In this document: one piece after another, positions 1 through 9,360 of the stretch
How positions within the stretch are numbered: the stretch's first letter is position 1
How the letters are laid out: each line of letters starts with the position of its first letter
Origin: Candidatus Latescibacterota bacterium
Lineage (GTDB): Bacteria > Latescibacterota > UBA2968 > UBA8231
Length of the DNA stretch: 64,000 nt
Reading direction: 5' to 3'
NCBI GenBank assembly: GCA_965215195.1
Contig: CBDCDC010000002.1
Coordinates: 832,001 to 896,000 of the forward strand
Notes under the pieces: model-generated
The model's input: only the letters and a program-made list of their open reading frames with translations
What the model was told of the DNA's origin: nothing
Databases searched by the model: none
Made by a program: the position numbers and the translations under genes

Positions 1-152
1 ATTCAGCGTATGTTTTTTAGACTACCGAGGCGAAGAAGCTAATGAATACAGTGCCTTTTGACCAATTGGGGCCGGGGCGGTTTGGGTTTAACTTAAACGC
101 GGCGCAACACATCTAAGGCAATACTTTTATTGCCGACCGAAGGGTCGGTAAA

Positions 153-194
153 TATCGACCAATTTGGATCGATTGGCGTGACAATAAGAAAGAA
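153..194 (+). pseudogene. Possible C-terminal remnant of a DUF4258-type toxin
   Basis: Reads YRPIWIDWR, resembling the YRPDPxxWIDWR tail of DUF4258 proteins that normally precede YgiT zinc-finger genes; no intact ORF. Confidence 0.3.
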
Positions 195-1316
195 ATGATG
201 GGGATGTTTAAGGAATGTGCGGTATGTGGCGGCGAGGTTGTCGAACGGGAAGTTGAGAAAGTTTTGCGCGGCGGCAATCACGCTGAGCAAGTGAAAGTCT
301 CAGCAAAAGCTTGTATTCGTTGTGGCGAATACTTTTACGGGCCAAAGGCGATAAAACGCTTTGCAGAAGTCAGAGCGAAATTGAAAATGTCGGATGCTCC
401 AAATACGCCGTGGCTAGGCCTCCTAGACAAATTGGATTACGAGGTTTGGTTGCTCGATTTTCTGGAGAAACGTCGCGCTAAAGACCCCAAGGAGTCGCTC
501 GAGCTCGAGAGCGATAGCGAGCAGAATATCCATGTAAAAACAGTAGCGAAGGATGCGGAATCTTCGCTTGCCTCTTACTACACCGCGCCTCTCCTAAACG
601 CCACGATGCCTCTCACTTTTGTTGCTGTCTTCAAGACGCTGGACATGATTTTTGAATGGATATTTGCAGAAAATGGCCTAACGGTTCCTCGGCAATTTGC
701 GGCCAAGGTCAAGCTGCTAAAGAAAAAACACCAGCTTCCCCCTCTCTTTGAGAGCCGACCGTATCTCTACAAATACGCAAAAGCACTCTTTTGCCAACTG
801 CTGCGATATCGCAATGAAGTAGTGCATGAAAATAGATTCTGCGTCTCCGAAGGCACACTGACCCTATCGAGTTCAATGAAGGGAACCTCCCTAACGTTGA
901 GCAGCAAACAGGTCGATTACCTAGGGCGTTTCGCGCTTGTAATCGTCCGCGCACTCACAGGCAAAACGGTCATCGACGATTACAAAGACAAAATGTTGCG
1001 CCACTATCTCGATATTCTCGCGCCGGCCCACGGGCTAGCGACTTTTGGTCAACAAATGCCGCGTTTTGTGCATGTCGAACTCACCGAGCCCAAGCAAGGC
1101 CCAGCCTTCCCGGTAGACTTAAAAAACGTGCGCGAGCAAGTATCGCGCAGTTTCCCCAATCAAGAAACGATCTTTGACCTTACAGTGGAAGGCGTGGAAG
1201 GCGAGCATCTCATTGCAAAGTGGCACTTCGCACCCGAAGAGATTCCAACTTTTGACGTGATGACTCTGTACGAGGAATCTCACGAGGCGAACCGAGTGGA
1301 ACTCATCCTCCCGTAG
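195..1316 (+). CDS. YgiT-type zinc finger fused to a putative HEPN-domain protein
   Basis: N-terminal CAVC...CIRC (KECAVCGGEVVEREVEKVLRGG); RNEVVH fits the HEPN RxxxxH motif; internal ATG at 387; looks lower in GC than the core genes. Confidence 0.6.
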   Translation: MMGMFKECAVCGGEVVEREVEKVLRGGNHAEQVKVSAKACIRCGEYFYGPKAIKRFAEVRAKLKMSDAPNTPWLGLLDKLDYEVWLLDFLEKRRAKDPKESLELESDSEQNIHVKTVAKDAESSLASYYTAPLLNATMPLTFVAVFKTLDMIFEWIFAENGLTVPRQFAAKVKLLKKKHQLPPLFESRPYLYKYAKALFCQLLRYRNEVVHENRFCVSEGTLTLSSSMKGTSLTLSSKQVDYLGRFALVIVRALTGKTVIDDYKDKMLRHYLDILAPAHGLATFGQQMPRFVHVELTEPKQGPAFPVDLKNVREQVSRSFPNQETIFDLTVEGVEGEHLIAKWHFAPEEIPTFDVMTLYEESHEANRVELILP

Positions 1317-1368
1317 CTGTTGCCATGCTAGACAACATCACCCCTAACCCAAAACTCAGAGTTTAACC

Positions 1369-1683
1369 ATGGCCGAAACGATTGACGAACTCACCATCCA
1401 CTACGAAGAAGACGGCAAAGTCTTGCGCCAAGAAGTGGCCAAGGAAGTGCTCAGCAAAGGGGCTTGGACGACGATCATGTTCCTCTACCAAGACCTCAAC
1501 CGCAAAACCGACGAGTACGGCCCGCGCAAAATATCCATTCGCCGCTACCAAAAGCGCGACGGCACCTTTTTGCAGCGCAGCAAGTTCGAGGTGTCAAGCC
1601 CAGCGCAAGCGCGCGCGATCTGCAGCAAGATACAGGACTGGTTCCCCCCAGAATTAGACGCGCTGCTTACCCGGCCCTGCTAG
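1369..1683 (+). CDS. Small conserved-looking hypothetical protein
   Basis: 104 aa ORF with protein-like composition (KEVLSKGAWTTIMFLYQ, IRRYQKRDG) and host-like codon usage. Confidence 0.7.
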   Translation: MAETIDELTIHYEEDGKVLRQEVAKEVLSKGAWTTIMFLYQDLNRKTDEYGPRKISIRRYQKRDGTFLQRSKFEVSSPAQARAICSKIQDWFPPELDALLTRPC

Positions 1684-2833
1684 CGACCTTCACCCGCACG
1701 CGATGCCAGCCCGTGCGGCCATCGTACAGATCGGCACCGGCGTCTTCTTCTGGCTGCACGTCCCCGGCACTATCCGTTGCCCGTGCGACGATGTGGTACT
1801 CGCCCGTGGCGGGCAACTTCCATTCGTAGGCCCACGTGACCCAAATGTTGGGCAGGCGCTGCGTGGTAATGTGCGCCTCGTTCCAAGACCGCCCGCCATT
1901 GGTGCTGACCTCAACCGATTCGACCGTGCGCTCGCCGGCCATGGCGATTCCGTGGATGACAAAAGGGCTGCCTTGGACCCCGCGCAGGGTTTGCAGCACC
2001 ACGGAAACGCCGCCGTTGGCCGGGTCTTTCACATCGTCCCACACCGAGAGGGGCGCGTCAATCCGCGAGTTCACGGTCGCCACGGCCTCGTCCGACCACT
2101 TGAAGGGCTTGTTCTCGGGCTTGCTTTCCCAGTAGCCTAAATAGACCTCGTCGATCAGCTCAATGCGGGTGATCCACTTGGGCATCTTCTGGCCGTAGTG
2201 CCCGGGGTTTATCAAGCGCAGGGGGAATCCGTGCTTGGAGGGCAGCGGCTCGCCGTTCATTTCCCAAGCGAGGATCACCTCGTCGCGCAGGGCGCGCTCC
2301 AGTGGAATCGACGTGGTATAGCCATCGGAACTGTCGCTATAAAACTTGACTCGGGTCGCTTCGCTCTTAATTCCGGCCAGGTTGAGCACCTCGGACAGCG
2401 GCGTGCCACCCCACTCGGCATTGCCCACCAACGGCCCGCCAATCCAGTTGCCAATGCACTGCATGGTCAAGACCTGCCGCTGCATGGGCAGCGCGGTAAT
2501 ATCCGCATAGGTCCAGTCCGTGCGGGGTTGGTCCACCAGCCCATCCACTACCAAGCGCCAGCTATTGGCCGCCAGCTTCGGGTCGTAATTTTTCCCGTTA
2601 ATCGACTGGAGATAGTGCCGCGCATTGGAAGTAATCGGCGGCAGCGGTAGCGCCGATAGCACCTCTTCCTCGGGCATCTCCTCTAGGTCCAGGTCCATAA
2701 TGTCCATGTCCGGCCCGGTGGGCATGCTCTTGAAGCGCACCTCGTTGCCGTCGCAACCCCAAGTGGGGAGAATCGCGGTGGCGATAGCAGCCCCGCTCGA
2801 CTTGAGAAACTGACGTCTAGTTGATTTGTGCAT
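1667..2833 (-). CDS. Tat-exported molybdopterin oxidoreductase, sulfite oxidase family
   Basis: AAAGGAG RBS before ATG 2833; Tat motif STRRQFLK and lipobox-like WGC; TMQCIGN Mo-ligand Cys, HGFPLRL, YGQKMPKWI; C-terminal dimerisation domain. Confidence 0.88.
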   Translation of the reverse strand: MHKSTRRQFLKSSGAAIATAILPTWGCDGNEVRFKSMPTGPDMDIMDLDLEEMPEEEVLSALPLPPITSNARHYLQSINGKNYDPKLAANSWRLVVDGLVDQPRTDWTYADITALPMQRQVLTMQCIGNWIGGPLVGNAEWGGTPLSEVLNLAGIKSEATRVKFYSDSSDGYTTSIPLERALRDEVILAWEMNGEPLPSKHGFPLRLINPGHYGQKMPKWITRIELIDEVYLGYWESKPENKPFKWSDEAVATVNSRIDAPLSVWDDVKDPANGGVSVVLQTLRGVQGSPFVIHGIAMAGERTVESVEVSTNGGRSWNEAHITTQRLPNIWVTWAYEWKLPATGEYHIVARATDSAGDVQPEEDAGADLYDGRTGWHRVRVKVASRAG

Positions 2834-2843
2834 GACAACTCCT

Positions 2844-3656
2844 TTAGCGAATGAGGGCCAACCCCACACCCAACGACGACCCGGCTCCAATGTTCTCGCC
2901 CCTGAAAACCACCTTCCACAACACGTCGATCCACAGCGGGCCAACCACCTGCACGGCCGCGTTGCCACCTACTTCGGTGAAATCCCCCTCCGACACCTGC
3001 ACTACCCCGACCAGCCCGCCCTCCGAGTCCGCCGCGAGGGTGTACACACTGGCGACAAAGCCCTTGGCAAACAGCCGCGGATGCGGCGTGGCCCCTAGCT
3101 CGACAAAATAGGATGCTTGGTTGGAAAATGGGCCGCCGCGCAGCTTGTACCCCGCCTCGGCACCCGCGTAGAGCGGCAGCGGATAGAGCGACAGCCCGGC
3201 CAAGAGCCGCGTCCCCAGCTCGGAATGGCCGGTGCCAAGGGCCGGGTCGTACTCCGGGTCGTACCCGCTAGGGAACGCGACCTCAACCTGCGGCGACAGC
3301 ACCAACCTACCCCCGGTGAGCTGGTACTTCGCGCCGAGATGCACGTCGCCTAGCCCCCAAGTGATGCGCTCGACAAAGCGATCCTCAGACACCAGCCTGC
3401 CCGCGCCAACCTGCCCGGTCAGGGTCAACCGCTCGCGCAACCCGTACTCGCCGTATGCGAGGACTTGGCGAGCGCGGAATTGGTTGTCGTCCATGCCCAT
3501 GGGCGCACGGCGACCCATGTCGTTGAAGACCTCGGCGGTTGAATAGTGGATCCCCGAGAGCTTGGCGTAGTAGCCTCCGCGGGGCTGGCTCCAAGCCCCG
3601 GCCCCAACCTCGCCGACCCAACACAGGGCCAACAGGCCCGTTGCTAACCAACGCAT
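2844..3656 (-). CDS. Exported putative outer-membrane beta-barrel protein
   Basis: Signal peptide MRWLATGLLALCW..AGAW; alternating beta-strand pattern; YGEYGL and GLGDVHLGAKY motifs. Confidence 0.65.
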   Translation of the reverse strand: MRWLATGLLALCWVGEVGAGAWSQPRGGYYAKLSGIHYSTAEVFNDMGRRAPMGMDDNQFRARQVLAYGEYGLRERLTLTGQVGAGRLVSEDRFVERITWGLGDVHLGAKYQLTGGRLVLSPQVEVAFPSGYDPEYDPALGTGHSELGTRLLAGLSLYPLPLYAGAEAGYKLRGGPFSNQASYFVELGATPHPRLFAKGFVASVYTLAADSEGGLVGVVQVSEGDFTEVGGNAAVQVVGPLWIDVLWKVVFRGENIGAGSSLGVGLALIR

Positions 3657-4804
3657 TTCTCGCTCCCTTTCCGCGGTGCAATCCGCTCGTAGAGTGCTAG
3701 CAATTTCTCGGCCTCGGCCTCCCAATTAAAATGCTCTTCAGCCGCTCGCCGCGCCTGCGCCCCCTTGGCCTGCGCTGCCACCGGGTCGTCGAGCAAGCAC
3801 CCGATGGCGCGCGCGTGAGCGGCCGGGTCGCGCGGGTCCGCGAGCAGGCCCCAATCCGCGACCGCGCGAAACCTGCGTATGGAAGGTAAATCACTGGCGA
3901 CTACGGGCAAGCCGCAAGCGAAGTACTCAAAGAGCTTGGTCGGCACGAAGGAGGCCAAATTTTTGGGCGAGATCTGCCCTGGCACCAAGCCAATCTGACA
4001 CGCGGCGATTGTCGCCCCCAACTCGTCGTACGGCACACGCTTTTCACTGTAGTGTATCTGCTCTTCGAGTCCCCACGCGCGCCGGCGAGCCTCGAATCGC
4101 TCGCGCAGATCCTGCGAGTGAAACTCTCCGACGCTCAAGAGGCGGGCCTGCGGATGGGTCTTGGCCAGTTCGCGCATGATTTCGAGCAAGAACAGCCCGC
4201 CCCGGTCTTCGGATAGCGAGCCAATGTGAACCAGTGCGAAAGGCCCTAGCTGGCCGCAGCCGGGGGAAAACCTCTCCAAGCGCGGGTAGTTCTTCACTAC
4301 CGCAAAGGGGTGCTTGGCAAAGCGGTTGCCTTGTTCCTCGACCACCCCGACCACGGCCGTGACAAAGCAGCGGGCGAGCGAACGCTCCCCCCAGTCGACC
4401 AACCGCGAGAGGGGCCGCCGCAGCCACGAGGGGACCCACGGCCGCACCATGACCACCAGCGGGAAGTGCTCGTGTACGTCGTAGATGACCCGGCGGCCGC
4501 AGAGCCTGAGCACTGCGCCCACCGGCAACAGCTCAGGGTCGTGGAAGTGGAAGTAATCGGCGTCCGCACTCAGCCCGATGCGCAGCAAGCGCCACAGGTT
4601 CAAAAACCGCTGGCCGAACCCTTGCGCTACCGGCACGGTCTGTACGCGCACTCCGGCCCGCTCCCCACACCACGCCTTTGGCCCTGGCCCCACCACTGTC
4701 ACCGCGTACCCCGCACGCGCCAAGGTCTGCGCTTGTTTGTAGAAAATCCGCACGTCAAACGGGTTGTGGACATTCGTCAGGTGGTACACCTCAGGCGCAG
4801 CCAA
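3644..4804 (-). CDS. Glycosyltransferase family 4
   Basis: HFHDPEL, YDVHE, PTKLFEYFACGLPVVASD, FNWE; TTG start 4804 after GGAGA. Confidence 0.9.
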   Translation of the reverse strand: MAAPEVYHLTNVHNPFDVRIFYKQAQTLARAGYAVTVVGPGPKAWCGERAGVRVQTVPVAQGFGQRFLNLWRLLRIGLSADADYFHFHDPELLPVGAVLRLCGRRVIYDVHEHFPLVVMVRPWVPSWLRRPLSRLVDWGERSLARCFVTAVVGVVEEQGNRFAKHPFAVVKNYPRLERFSPGCGQLGPFALVHIGSLSEDRGGLFLLEIMRELAKTHPQARLLSVGEFHSQDLRERFEARRRAWGLEEQIHYSEKRVPYDELGATIAACQIGLVPGQISPKNLASFVPTKLFEYFACGLPVVASDLPSIRRFRAVADWGLLADPRDPAAHARAIGCLLDDPVAAQAKGAQARRAAEEHFNWEAEAEKLLALYERIAPRKGSEKCVG

Positions 4805-5486
4805 AAAGCATCTCCCTGCTTTGCGGACCGCAATTAAAAAGCAAGTCCAACACCGACATCTCGGCGACAAAACCCGCGTGGCACTGGGGATACACCGGAT
4901 GCTCAAAGCGGGTAAAGCGACACTCAATGCCGGCCGCGGCAAACGCCTCCACGTCCAAATACGCCCTCGAGGCCCCGGCCCCGGACAGGTAAACCGGACA
5001 GTCGCACGCCTTGGCCATATCCACCAAGCGCAAGGTCCGCTCGCTCCGCAGATCCATCTGCGAGCTGAAGCGGACCTCGACCTCTAAGCCCAAGAGCGGC
5101 AACAAGTGGCGCAGCAGGGCCACGTTCAAGTCGAGCAACTGGGTCCACGCCCCCGCGTATAGGTCCTCTATGGCTGGGGCGTACGCGTCAAAAAAGGGCG
5201 CGTGGCCGTAGTGCCAGCGCAGCGCTTGGCAGTGCTTGCGCCGCCAAGTGCCGTCGGGTTGGAGCTGGACCTCGCATATCTGCTGCTGGCCCCGGCCCCG
5301 CGTCAGCACCGGCACGGTCAGCCATTGCCAGCCAGAAGCCGTGCGAATGCGGTTGCGGTTGGTCAGGCTGCCGCGGCTGTATTGCACGTCGTCGGCCAAG
5401 ACCCACACGTCGGCTTGCCCCACCTTGTGGAACAAGCCCAGCCAAGGCAGAAAATTGGGCTGGTGCGCCGCCAACACCCGGCTCAT
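4791..5486 (-). CDS. WbqC family protein
   Basis: HQPNFLPWLG, DDVQY, NRNRI, YLSG, MSVLDLLFNCGP; TGATG overlap with upstream gene. Confidence 0.9.
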   Translation of the reverse strand: MSRVLAAHQPNFLPWLGLFHKVGQADVWVLADDVQYSRGSLTNRNRIRTASGWQWLTVPVLTRGRGQQQICEVQLQPDGTWRRKHCQALRWHYGHAPFFDAYAPAIEDLYAGAWTQLLDLNVALLRHLLPLLGLEVEVRFSSQMDLRSERTLRLVDMAKACDCPVYLSGAGASRAYLDVEAFAAAGIECRFTRFEHPVYPQCHAGFVAEMSVLDLLFNCGPQSREMLFGCA

Positions 5487-6118
5487 CAGCGCACCCACCT
5501 GAGCACGTCAAACGCCTCGGCGTACTCCACCATAATCTGCCCGCCCCTGCTCCGCGCCCAGCTCCAGATAAAATCCTCTTGGGTGTACGGACGATGCTGT
5601 TGCGACTGGTAGCAGCGCAGGGCGGCGATCTTGGTATGCACGTGGGCGCGGGTGAGCACGCAAAAATGTCGGTAGTCAAAGCTCAGGTTGTTCCACGGCA
5701 GCTCGTAGCCGAGCACGGTGACCGTCTTGAAGGCGCGCAGGCCCTCGAGGTGAATGGTCTGGTGATCTTGGTGCAGGTCTTGCGCGCTGGGCAAGAATAC
5801 GGTTCCCGGGTCAATTTCCCTTTTGATCTTCACCAACTCTTCGAGGATTTCTTGGCGCATGTGGGGCAGGTGACGCACCGCATACTGATAGATCAGCAGG
5901 TTCGCCGCGGGAATGCCCAGCACCTTGGTGCCCTCCCGCACCTCCTTCTCCAGAATGTCGGGTGGAAAGGGCGGCGGCACCGACTCGGCGGCCGTGGAAA
6001 AGGCCGCGTAGTACACCTCGCCACCCTCTTCCACCATGCGGCTGATGGTTCCCCCGCAGCCGAGCTCGCCATCGTCCGTGTGCGGCGCGAGCACCAAGAT
6101 CCGGTCATGTGCCGGCAC
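5486..6118 (-). CDS. PIG-L/LmbE family deacetylase
   Basis: APHTDDGELGCGG, HQDH, YQSQ, AEAF motifs. Confidence 0.9.
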   Translation of the reverse strand: MPAHDRILVLAPHTDDGELGCGGTISRMVEEGGEVYYAAFSTAAESVPPPFPPDILEKEVREGTKVLGIPAANLLIYQYAVRHLPHMRQEILEELVKIKREIDPGTVFLPSAQDLHQDHQTIHLEGLRAFKTVTVLGYELPWNNLSFDYRHFCVLTRAHVHTKIAALRCYQSQQHRPYTQEDFIWSWARSRGGQIMVEYAEAFDVLRWVR

Positions 6119-7262
6119 GGCAATCTCCTTCTGCCGCGGCCAATAGTTCCGCCAAGCCGCAGCACACCCTTTCCACGGCCTCGTCGCGCAAGCCCGGGAA
6201 CATCGGCAGGGTCACCACCTGCGCCAGCACGGCCTCGGCAACGGGAAAATCCCCGGGGCCATAGCCGAGTTCCCGCTGGTAAAACGGCGTCAGGTGGCAC
6301 GGCGGCCAGTACGCGCTGCCCGCTTCAATGCCCCAGCCATCGCGCAAGGCCGCCACCACTAGGTTGCGGTCCCGGCCTGCGGGCAAGCGCACCGGGAACT
6401 TGTAGTACGCGTGGACCCGGTCGGCAAATTCGGGCAACAGCACGTGGGCCAGCCCTAGACGCGACAGCACGCGCCGGTAGCGCACGGCCAGTCGATTGCG
6501 CTCGGCGATAAATCCGCTGAGGCGGGCCAACTGCCGCAGACCGAGCGCGGCGCTCAGCTCGGGCAGGCGATAGTTGCTGCCCAAGCGCACCAAGGCGCGT
6601 CCCTTGGCGGCCGTGCCGTGGGTGCGGAAACTGCGGGCAAACGCAGCGAGGGGCTCGTCGTCTGTACTTAACACGCCGCCCTCGCCCGTGGTCAGCGGCT
6701 TGGTCGGAAAAAAGGAAAAGCCCGCTGCATCCCCCAAACTTCCGGCCGGCCGGCTGTCGGCTCTAGCGCCGTGGGCGTGGGCTGCGTCTTCGAGCAGAAA
6801 CAGCCCGCGGGCGCGGCAATACGAGCGAATGTCCTCTATGTCGGGTGCGATGAGGCCGGCGATGTGGACTACCACCACCGCCACAGTTTTTGCGGTTATA
6901 CGCGCCTCGATCTGCGGCAGGCCGCTCGACAGGGTCTGTGGGTCAATGTCGCAGAGGACGGGCCGGCCACCGGCCAACAGCGCGGCATTGGCCGAGGCAA
7001 TAAATGTATTCGTCGGCACCACGACCTCCCCTCCTTCGACCCCCCAATGGCGCAAGGCCACCTCCAACGGCGCGGTCCCCGAGCTCATGCCCACGGCGTG
7101 TTCCGTGCCCACACACGCGGCGAACTCCTGCTCAAACCGCTCCAAGTAAGGCCCCATCGTCAGGCGTCCGCTGCGGAGGATCTGGGCAAAATCCTCGAGC
7201 AGCGCGGCCACGTCCTCTTCGGGGATACAGGGCCTTGCCTGGGGCACCAATGTTTTCACCAC
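6105..7262 (-). CDS. DegT/DnrJ/EryC1/StrS sugar aminotransferase
   Basis: SSGTAPL, EDAAHAHGA, SFFPTKPLTTGEGG (PLP lysine), TLPMFP. Confidence 0.92.
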   Translation of the reverse strand: MVKTLVPQARPCIPEEDVAALLEDFAQILRSGRLTMGPYLERFEQEFAACVGTEHAVGMSSGTAPLEVALRHWGVEGGEVVVPTNTFIASANAALLAGGRPVLCDIDPQTLSSGLPQIEARITAKTVAVVVVHIAGLIAPDIEDIRSYCRARGLFLLEDAAHAHGARADSRPAGSLGDAAGFSFFPTKPLTTGEGGVLSTDDEPLAAFARSFRTHGTAAKGRALVRLGSNYRLPELSAALGLRQLARLSGFIAERNRLAVRYRRVLSRLGLAHVLLPEFADRVHAYYKFPVRLPAGRDRNLVVAALRDGWGIEAGSAYWPPCHLTPFYQRELGYGPGDFPVAEAVLAQVVTLPMFPGLRDEAVERVCCGLAELLAAAEGDCRAGT

Positions 7263-7348
7263 AAAAGCTCCTCAATGAATTGAACACTACGAATGATACA
7301 CAAAGGTCCGTTTTCAGCAAGAGAGAGGCCCGGCTACGCCTTCTTCCT

Positions 7349-7376
7349 TTGACAAACAGGGCCTCGCATTTAACTT
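7349..7376 (+). promoter_or_regulatory. Putative sigma70 promoter for ispG
   Basis: TTGACA (7349-7354), 16 nt, TAACTT (7371-7376), 7 nt before the ATG. Confidence 0.45.
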
Positions 7377-7383
7377 TTGGACC

Positions 7384-8520
7384 ATGAACCCAACGACGAG
7401 AAATCCCACCCGCGCGGTCCAAATCGGCCGCACGACCATCGGCGGTGGCCACCCCATTGCCGTGCAAAGCATGGCCGCCACCCGCACCCAAGACATAGCG
7501 GCCACCATCCGCCAGCTCCGGCTCTTAGCCGCGGCCGGGGCGGATGTCATCCGCGTTGCCGTCGATAGCAAAAAAGACGTGGAGGCCCTCGCCCAAATCG
7601 CGCCGACCGTTGACGTGCCGCTGTCCGTGGATCTGCAAGAAAACTACCGCTTGGTGCACAGCGTGGCCCCGCACGTAGAGAAAATACGCTACAACCCCGG
7701 GCACCTTTACCACCACGAAAAGGGCAAGCCGGTCGCCGCCAAGGTCGCCTTTATTGCCGACGAGGCCGCTAAACGCGATTGCGCCCTGCGCGTGGGCGTC
7801 AACTGTGGCTCAGTCGATCCAGCCCAAGCCGAGCGCTTTCCGGCCCACGACTCCATCTCGCCCATGATCGCCTCGGCCCTAGAGCACTGTGCCCTGCTAG
7901 ACGACTTGGGCTTTACTCGCTACTGCGTCTCGCTCAAGGACTCCGATCCGGCCAAGGTCATTGCTGCCAACACCCGCTTTGCCCAAGAGCGGCCCGAGGT
8001 GCCGCTGCACCTCGGCGTCACCGAGGCTGGGATGCCTCCCGAAGGCGTACTCAAGACTCGCATTGCCTTTGAACAGCTCATCAGCGCCGGCCTTGGCGAC
8101 ACCATTCGCGTCTCCCTGACCTTGCCGTTTGACGACAAGGGCGAGGAGGTCACAGTCGGGCGGCAGATTCTCGACGACATTTACTCGGGCCGCTTCCGCT
8201 CGGTCCCCAAGTCGCTCCCGGCCGGGCTGAACATCATCTCCTGCCCCTCCTGCTCGCGGGTGGAAAACGAAGCCTTCATCGACCTAGCCCACCAAGTGCG
8301 CGCACTAACCGCGTACGCCCGCGATCACCAGCTCACCATCGCCGTCATGGGTTGCCGGGTCAATGGCCCGGGCGAGACCGACGACGCCGACTTAGGGCTG
8401 TGGTGCGCCCCCAACTTCGTCAACCTCAAGCGCGGCCCCCAGCTCGTCGGCCAATTTCCCTACGACGAGGTCCTCGGCGTGCTCAAAGAGCAAGTTGACG
8501 CGCTGATTGCCGCGGGCTAG
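7384..8520 (+). CDS. ispG: (E)-4-hydroxy-3-methylbut-2-enyl-diphosphate synthase
   Basis: [56 protein letters not shown]. Confidence 0.96.
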   Translation: MNPTTRNPTRAVQIGRTTIGGGHPIAVQSMAATRTQDIAATIRQLRLLAAAGADVIRVAVDSKKDVEALAQIAPTVDVPLSVDLQENYRLVHSVAPHVEKIRYNPGHLYHHEKGKPVAAKVAFIADEAAKRDCALRVGVNCGSVDPAQAERFPAHDSISPMIASALEHCALLDDLGFTRYCVSLKDSDPAKVIAANTRFAQERPEVPLHLGVTEAGMPPEGVLKTRIAFEQLISAGLGDTIRVSLTLPFDDKGEEVTVGRQILDDIYSGRFRSVPKSLPAGLNIISCPSCSRVENEAFIDLAHQVRALTAYARDHQLTIAVMGCRVNGPGETDDADLGLWCAPNFVNLKRGPQLVGQFPYDEVLGVLKEQVDALIAAG

Positions 8521-8591
8521 GCCCTCTTGCCGCGCCAGCAGCCTGCGGAAAAACCAACCTTTTGGCGGTAAGAGAAGGCCATGGGACCCCC

Positions 8592-9332
8592 ATGCAAAAT
8601 CCCATCAAAGAACAACTCGCCGCCGGTCGCCCCTCCATCGGCTCCTGGCTCAACCTAACCTCGCCGCTGGCGGCCGAAGTTATGGCCGCGGCCGGCTTCA
8701 AATGGCTAGTGGTCGATGCCGAGCACTCGGCCTTTGACCTCGGCCACATTGCCCACACTTTCCGCGCCATTGAGGCACGCGGTGCCCTGCCCTTGGCCCG
8801 CGCCTGGGACCACGCCCCCACCACGGCCGCCCGCCTGCTCGACGCCGGGGCCTGGGGCTTGGTCTTCCCGCACGTCAGCACCCCGGAGCAAGCCGAAAAA
8901 CTGGCCCAAGCCGTGCGCTATCCACCGCGCGGCACCCGGTCGGTGGGCACGGGCCGCTGCGTCACGTTGGCTCCGGACTACCGCCAGCGCTTTGACGACG
9001 CCGTCCTCTGCATCCCGCAAATCGAGGATCTGGAAGGCATTGAAAACGCCGAAGCCATTGCCAGCGTCGCAGGCGTCGACATCGGCTTCCTCGGGCCGGG
9101 CGACTTGGCCATGGCCATGGGCGTGGCTGCCGGCCACCCCGACCACGAGGCCGCCTTGCAGGCTTTTCGCGCTGGCTGCACCCAAGCCGGCAAACCCAGC
9201 GGCATCCCAGTCAAGGACTCCGCCGAAGTCAAACGGCGCGTCGCCGAGGGCTTCCAGTTCATTGACTTCAGCAACGACATGCGGTTTTTGGAAGCCACGG
9301 CGCAAGCTGCCTACCGAGAGGCGACAACCTAG
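8592..9332 (+). CDS. HpcH/HpaI aldolase family protein
   Basis: VVDAEHS, LDAGAWG, YPPRGTRS, QIE, FLGPGDL. Confidence 0.9.
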   Translation: MQNPIKEQLAAGRPSIGSWLNLTSPLAAEVMAAAGFKWLVVDAEHSAFDLGHIAHTFRAIEARGALPLARAWDHAPTTAARLLDAGAWGLVFPHVSTPEQAEKLAQAVRYPPRGTRSVGTGRCVTLAPDYRQRFDDAVLCIPQIEDLEGIENAEAIASVAGVDIGFLGPGDLAMAMGVAAGHPDHEAALQAFRAGCTQAGKPSGIPVKDSAEVKRRVAEGFQFIDFSNDMRFLEATAQAAYREATT

Positions 9333-9360
9333 TTTAACATCCTGTTCCGCTGTAGAAACC

